Below, piece after piece: positions 8,900 to 12,041 of a DNA stretch of 12,041 nt. Position numbers and translations under genes: made by a program. Within the stretch, counting starts at the first letter, position 1. Every line of letters begins with the position of its first letter. The notes under the pieces were generated by a model. That model did no database searches. It had not been told where the DNA came from and worked only from the letters and a program-made list of their open reading frames with translations. The stretch comes from a virus, in IMG/VR virus record IMGVR_UViG_3300045988_161355, positions 1-12,041 of that record. One strand, given 5' to 3'.

Positions 8900-9619
8900 T
8901 TATTTTAAATTAATAGTTATAGTATTATATCTAGTTTTTTCAAATGGTGAAAGATAGAATTTTTTATTTACTTTATTCGATTGAGTTGGATGTTTAGAAC
9001 CCCATGGTATAACATTCGTTTCATATTCCATAGTTGTAGTATTAATAACCCCATTATCAAAGTCCTTTATATATAATTGATTATAGTATGAACCCGAAAA
9101 ATTAAGTTGTTCCAATGCACGAATACTACCTATTGCAATATAATGATTATTATTATAATCATACTCAATAGTGACAGTTCCAACAATTGGAAATAAATTT
9201 CTTAAAATTGGTTCAGACCAAACTTGACTAACTGGCTGATAAATATTTAAATGAAATCTAGCTTTTACAATATTGGCATCCTCCGAATTAATCACGTAAA
9301 TATTAGCTATGTCATTTATTGAAATATTATAATTGTATAATGTAGTATATGATTTAATCGCTTTACATGTAATTTTATTTGGTTCAACTACTATATGATA
9401 GCCATATAATTCAAATTCATAATTACTATTATTTAATTTTATTGAAACAAATGTTGAATTATGTTCAACTTCATTAATAAAAATATTTGTAATTAAAAAC
9501 GCTTTACTTTTGTAAGCGCTTTCAATAATTGGGTAAATTGAATTATTTAACGTTTCCTCATCGTCTAGGTCAATTCCTTTAAAATCAATAATTCTATAAC
9601 CACCTTGTGCATTATTCAT
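8900..9619 (-). CDS. Fibre / receptor-binding-like structural protein (239 aa from the ATG; the ORF-track GTG start at 9628 gives 242 aa) with a conserved N-terminal anchor module
   Basis: The N-terminus MNNAQGGYRIIDFKGIDLDDEE is paralogous to the N-terminus of the adjacent 93-aa ORF. The rest is an Asn/Tyr/Ile-rich beta-type composition typical of fibres and spikes. AGAGGCAGGTGTTAAAA-ATG is a good SD for the ATG at 9617-9619. Its stop TAA sits inside the MCP SD. Confidence 0.5.
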   Translation of the reverse strand: MNNAQGGYRIIDFKGIDLDDEETLNNSIYPIIESAYKSKAFLITNIFINEVEHNSTFVSIKLNNSNYEFELYGYHIVVEPNKITCKAIKSYTTLYNYNISINDIANIYVINSEDANIVKARFHLNIYQPVSQVWSEPILRNLFPIVGTVTIEYDYNNNHYIAIGSIRALEQLNFSGSYYNQLYIKDFDNGVINTTTMEYETNVIPWGSKHPTQSNKVNKKFYLSPFEKTRYNTITINLK

Positions 9620-9893
9620 TTTTAACACCTGCCTCTTTTGTTGTGATTTTTGTTAGCCCTTGTTCATCCCTTGAAAAAGTACAATCTCTATTGTAGATTA
9701 TTGCTTCACCGTCATTATAAGAAATGAAAATAGGGGCTTTTGCTTTTGAGTTAATTCTAATACCTGTTAACATAATAGGTTTATCAATTTTTTCAAGTTC
9801 GTTGATAATATCAGCTCTTGCTGTTATGTCGGCCTCGTTTAAATCAATACCCGTTAAAGATATCATTCTATAACCGCCTAAATTAGTATTCAT
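9612..9893 (-). CDS. Small structural protein (93 aa from the ATG; the track's 96 aa uses an upstream GTG) sharing the N-terminal module with the 239-aa protein
   Basis: MNTNLGGYRMISLTGIDLNEAD versus MNNAQGGYRIIDFKGIDLDDEE. AGGAGGTGTTAAAA-ATG is a strong SD. It overlaps the downstream gene start by 8 nt. Confidence 0.5.
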   Translation of the reverse strand: MNTNLGGYRMISLTGIDLNEADITARADIINELEKIDKPIMLTGIRINSKAKAPIFISYNDGEAIIYNRDCTFSRDEQGLTKITTKEAGVKNE

Positions 9894-9895
9894 TT

Positions 9896-10732
9896 TTAAC
9901 ACCTCCTATTAATATAATAAGGTATTGTAATAACTTTGTCAATATCTTCATATATCATATTGATAATATCTAGTTTTCGTAATGAGATTTCACTTTCTAT
10001 CATTTGTTGACTAGTTGTCACCCCGATGTTTCCACTTCGTGTTAGTTTTTCGGTTCCGGTTGCTTTTATAGTTCTATTAGTATCAACGTTGTTGCTTTCC
10101 GTTCCTGTGGTTGTATAATCATCCGTTTTCGTTGTATCATCCGTTTGAGTTGTTGAATCTGTATTGTTAATAGTATTATCACTACTAACAACAATTTCAT
10201 TTTTATCATTGTTAACATATTCACTAGGGTTATTAAATGGACTAACTAAATGTGTATTAGAAGTATTTTCGCTGTTATTAGCCGTTGATTGTGATGAGCT
10301 ATCATTCTTAATTGTTCCGGTATTCTTTGTTGTGCCTGTATTAACTAGGCTATTATCTTTTGAAGATTGTTCGTTTTCAACCTCCGTTGTTGTTAGATTA
10401 GGAGTTCTTTCCTCTTCCATTGAATAATTTTCAATAGGATTATAATCGCTATAGAAAGCCTGAGCCAACCTTAACCAATTAGGGAAGTATTTAGCGTGAA
10501 TAACTTTTGAACAAAAATCGAGTTGGCCTTCATCAACTTGTAATAACCTACTTTGAATTAATTCATATGCATGATTGAGTTTATAATCAGTATCAAAAAT
10601 TAACCATTCTTCATTAGATATTGAAAGTAATTGTTGAAGTTTAACTACATCATCATTATAATTCGTTTTTAACAAATCAAATAAGTTAAACCCCTCAATA
10701 TCTCCAATAGTTAAAGTGTTATCAAACTTCAT
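9896..10732 (-). CDS. Structural/morphogenesis protein (278 aa): lower-collar or scaffold candidate with a long S/T/N/D-rich disordered centre
   Basis: ATGA overlap with the portal stop (translational coupling). It has the position that gp11 holds after gp10 in phi29. Helical N- and C-terminal segments flank about 130 aa of low complexity (NTGTTKNTGTIKNDSSSQSTANNSENTSNT...TDDTTKTDDYTTTGTESNN). No specific motif recognised. Confidence 0.3.
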   Translation of the reverse strand: MKFDNTLTIGDIEGFNLFDLLKTNYNDDVVKLQQLLSISNEEWLIFDTDYKLNHAYELIQSRLLQVDEGQLDFCSKVIHAKYFPNWLRLAQAFYSDYNPIENYSMEEERTPNLTTTEVENEQSSKDNSLVNTGTTKNTGTIKNDSSSQSTANNSENTSNTHLVSPFNNPSEYVNNDKNEIVVSSDNTINNTDSTTQTDDTTKTDDYTTTGTESNNVDTNRTIKATGTEKLTRSGNIGVTTSQQMIESEISLRKLDIINMIYEDIDKVITIPYYINRRC

Positions 10733-11670
10733 TTTTTAATATCCTCCTTAACTTCTTCTTGTTCCACCTTATGAGCTTCAACAACTTGTTCAAAAGTTGT
10801 TTTCCACATAGGTGATAAATCAACAATAATGTTTAAATTATGGATTTCATTAACTTTTTTAAATCCTTCTTTTAGATTATTTAACATATCTTGAATGAAA
10901 GGAATCAATGCTTGTTCATTAAGTCCGCTTTCACTTTCGTTTATGCTTTCACGCTTCATATTGTAGTTAGCATTAACACCTATTTCATTCCATAAACTAG
11001 CAACACAATATTGTTTCAACTCAATTAAATCTTTTAAATTATTAACTCTAACCGGTTGTTGAACGTCTTTTAATCCCTCTTGTCCTTGTAAAAAAGCGTT
11101 TGAAACTATTGCACTTGGTTGAATTCCATCTTCAACAGCTTTATTATAGTTATCAAAAGCATCTTTCACACTTTGAGTATCAGCAACAAAAGTATTTACT
11201 TTACGTGTATTTATTACACCTAATCTTAGCGATAAATCACATTCAGTCATTATAGTGGCATATTTATTAATAAGAGGGTATAATCCCATTAAGTAAGTAT
11301 CATTCCTTATTAATACAGCGTCCTTATCATCTTGAATAGTTAAGGTCTTATCATAATTTAAATAAGGGTTGGAAATTATTACTTGAGTTGGTTCATAGTA
11401 TGTGTTATACACTCCTCCTAGCCCACCTGTAAAAGCATATAGTTTTCCCTTAATTTTTTCATTAGGCACTACACACCAACCATATGAAAATAGTAAACGT
11501 AATATATTATGTTTAGGTATGCTTTCAGGCAATCCCTCAATATCAAAAATTGAAAAACACTTATCAAAAAAGTAAAGTACATAGCTATCAAATAGACTTT
11601 CTTTATTGAAACCTCCTTGAGGTATGTTTAACAACCATTCTTGACGCTTATTTACTTGTGTTTTTGACAT
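10729..11670 (-). CDS. Portal / head-tail connector protein, phi29 gp10-like (313 aa from the ATG at 11670; the track starts at the TTG at 11679)
   Basis: Blocks FDIEGLPESIP...FSYGWCVVPNE...KLYAFTGGLGGVYNTYYEPTQVI parallel phi29 gp10 FEWENLPPTINP...FGYVGFYKDP...[21 protein letters not shown] (from memory). It is about 310 aa, like gp10. The TGA stop overlaps the next start (ATGA). Confidence 0.75.
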   Translation of the reverse strand: MSKTQVNKRQEWLLNIPQGGFNKESLFDSYVLYFFDKCFSIFDIEGLPESIPKHNILRLLFSYGWCVVPNEKIKGKLYAFTGGLGGVYNTYYEPTQVIISNPYLNYDKTLTIQDDKDAVLIRNDTYLMGLYPLINKYATIMTECDLSLRLGVINTRKVNTFVADTQSVKDAFDNYNKAVEDGIQPSAIVSNAFLQGQEGLKDVQQPVRVNNLKDLIELKQYCVASLWNEIGVNANYNMKRESINESESGLNEQALIPFIQDMLNNLKEGFKKVNEIHNLNIIVDLSPMWKTTFEQVVEAHKVEQEEVKEDIKK

Positions 11671-11854
11671 TGATATCAACTCCTAACTTATCACTTAATT
11701 TAATTAATGCTTGTGTATTATTTTCAATGGTTGCCGTAAGTTTACTAATCTCTTCTTTGTGCTGTTCATTTAATTTATAAATTACGTAAACTAGAATTAA
11801 ACACATAGCACAAGGAAACCCAACCATACTTATTAATTGTGTGACTTTGTCCAT
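11648..11854 (-). CDS. Small membrane protein (68 aa from the ATG at 11854): N-terminal TM helix plus C-terminal coiled-coil-like segment
   Basis: MDKVTQLISMVGFPCAMCLILVYVIYKL is followed by a charged heptad-like tail. AGGAGGTG + 5-6 nt precedes the ATG at 11852-11854. The ORF-track 84-aa version starts at a TTG that is in fact the TTG of the -35 hexamer inside the ITR. It is the first gene after the ITR promoter and overlaps the portal start by 23 nt. Confidence 0.5.
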   Translation of the reverse strand: MDKVTQLISMVGFPCAMCLILVYVIYKLNEQHKEEISKLTATIENNTQALIKLSDKLGVDINVKNTSK

Positions 11855-11871
11855 AATAACACCTCCTATAT

Positions 11872-12041
11872 TTAGTCTAGCCTTTTTTATTAACGTTGTC
11901 AAGTGTTAATGATAACTATGTGTTATAAAGTTAGTGTGATAGTCTTGTTTTGATAACTAGGTGGCACGCCTTAGGTATGAGCGCCAAAGGTTGGAATCTC
12001 TGGATTTAAATTAGGTTGTGAGGTAAGGGAGCGTGGGGGAT
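11872..12041. repeat. Right inverted terminal repeat (ITR-R), 170 bp
   Basis: Exact reverse complement of 1-170. It ends the window, consistent with the window being a whole linear protein-primed genome. Confidence 0.95.
11874..11902 (-). promoter_or_regulatory. Consensus sigma70-type promoter at the inner edge of the right ITR, reading inward (TTGACA - 17 bp - TAGACT)
   Basis: Minus-strand sequence reads cacTTGACAacgttaataaaaaaggcTAGACTaaatatAGGAGGtgttattATG. The -35 hexamer is perfect and the spacer is 17 bp. The predicted TSS falls a few nt before the SD of the first gene. An identical copy exists at 140-168 on the plus strand of the left ITR. Confidence 0.4.

Noticed and set aside
11855-11902. 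ORF-track non-ATG starts (the TTG at 11902 for the 84-aa ORF, the TTG at 11679 for portal, and the GTGs at 9902, 9628 and 5981)
   Set aside because: In each case a downstream in-frame ATG with a properly spaced AGGAGG/AGGTG SD exists. The TTG at 11902 is simply the TTG of the ITR promoter's -35 hexamer. I moved the starts to the ATGs (the 5981/5963 pair stays ambiguous). The pol is the one case with no ATG alternative.

Overview
The window looks like a complete linear genome of a small phi29-like (Picovirinae/Salasmaviridae-type) podophage, about 12 kb. Perfect 170-bp inverted terminal repeats (ITRs) sit exactly at the two window ends (1-170 and 11872-12041; verified base by base). Every credible gene is on the minus strand in one tightly packed array, with ATGA/TAATG overlaps and strong AGGAGG Shine-Dalgarno (SD) sites. 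Read 5'->3' on the minus strand, the genes are: a small TM/coiled-coil protein; a gp10-like portal (connector); a 278-aa structural protein with a long S/T/N/D-rich low-complexity region; two fibre-like proteins (93 and 239 aa) sharing a paralogous N-terminal module; a gp8-like major capsid protein; a gp9-like tail knob; three small accessory ORFs, one of them absent from the ORF track; a two-TM holin-like protein; two unknown early-type proteins; a candidate terminal protein; a protein-primed family-B DNA polymerase with YxDTDS, Dx2SDYP, KxxxNGxYG, Exo I-III and TPR-like insertions; and a phi29 gp16-like packaging ATPase. The pol is TAATG-coupled to the ATPase. Regulatory structure: a consensus TTGACA-17-TAGACT promoter at the inner edge of the ITR; an internal extended -10 promoter; and three related CTAG-containing intrinsic terminators. 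The genome is very AT-rich (roughly 70% A+T by eye), uses the standard code and Firmicutes-style SD sites. The terminal ~90 bp of the ITR are markedly GC- and C-richer than the rest. I could not recognise any endolysin or peptidoglycan hydrolase, or any tRNA or CRISPR. There is no obvious room for a phi29-type pRNA.
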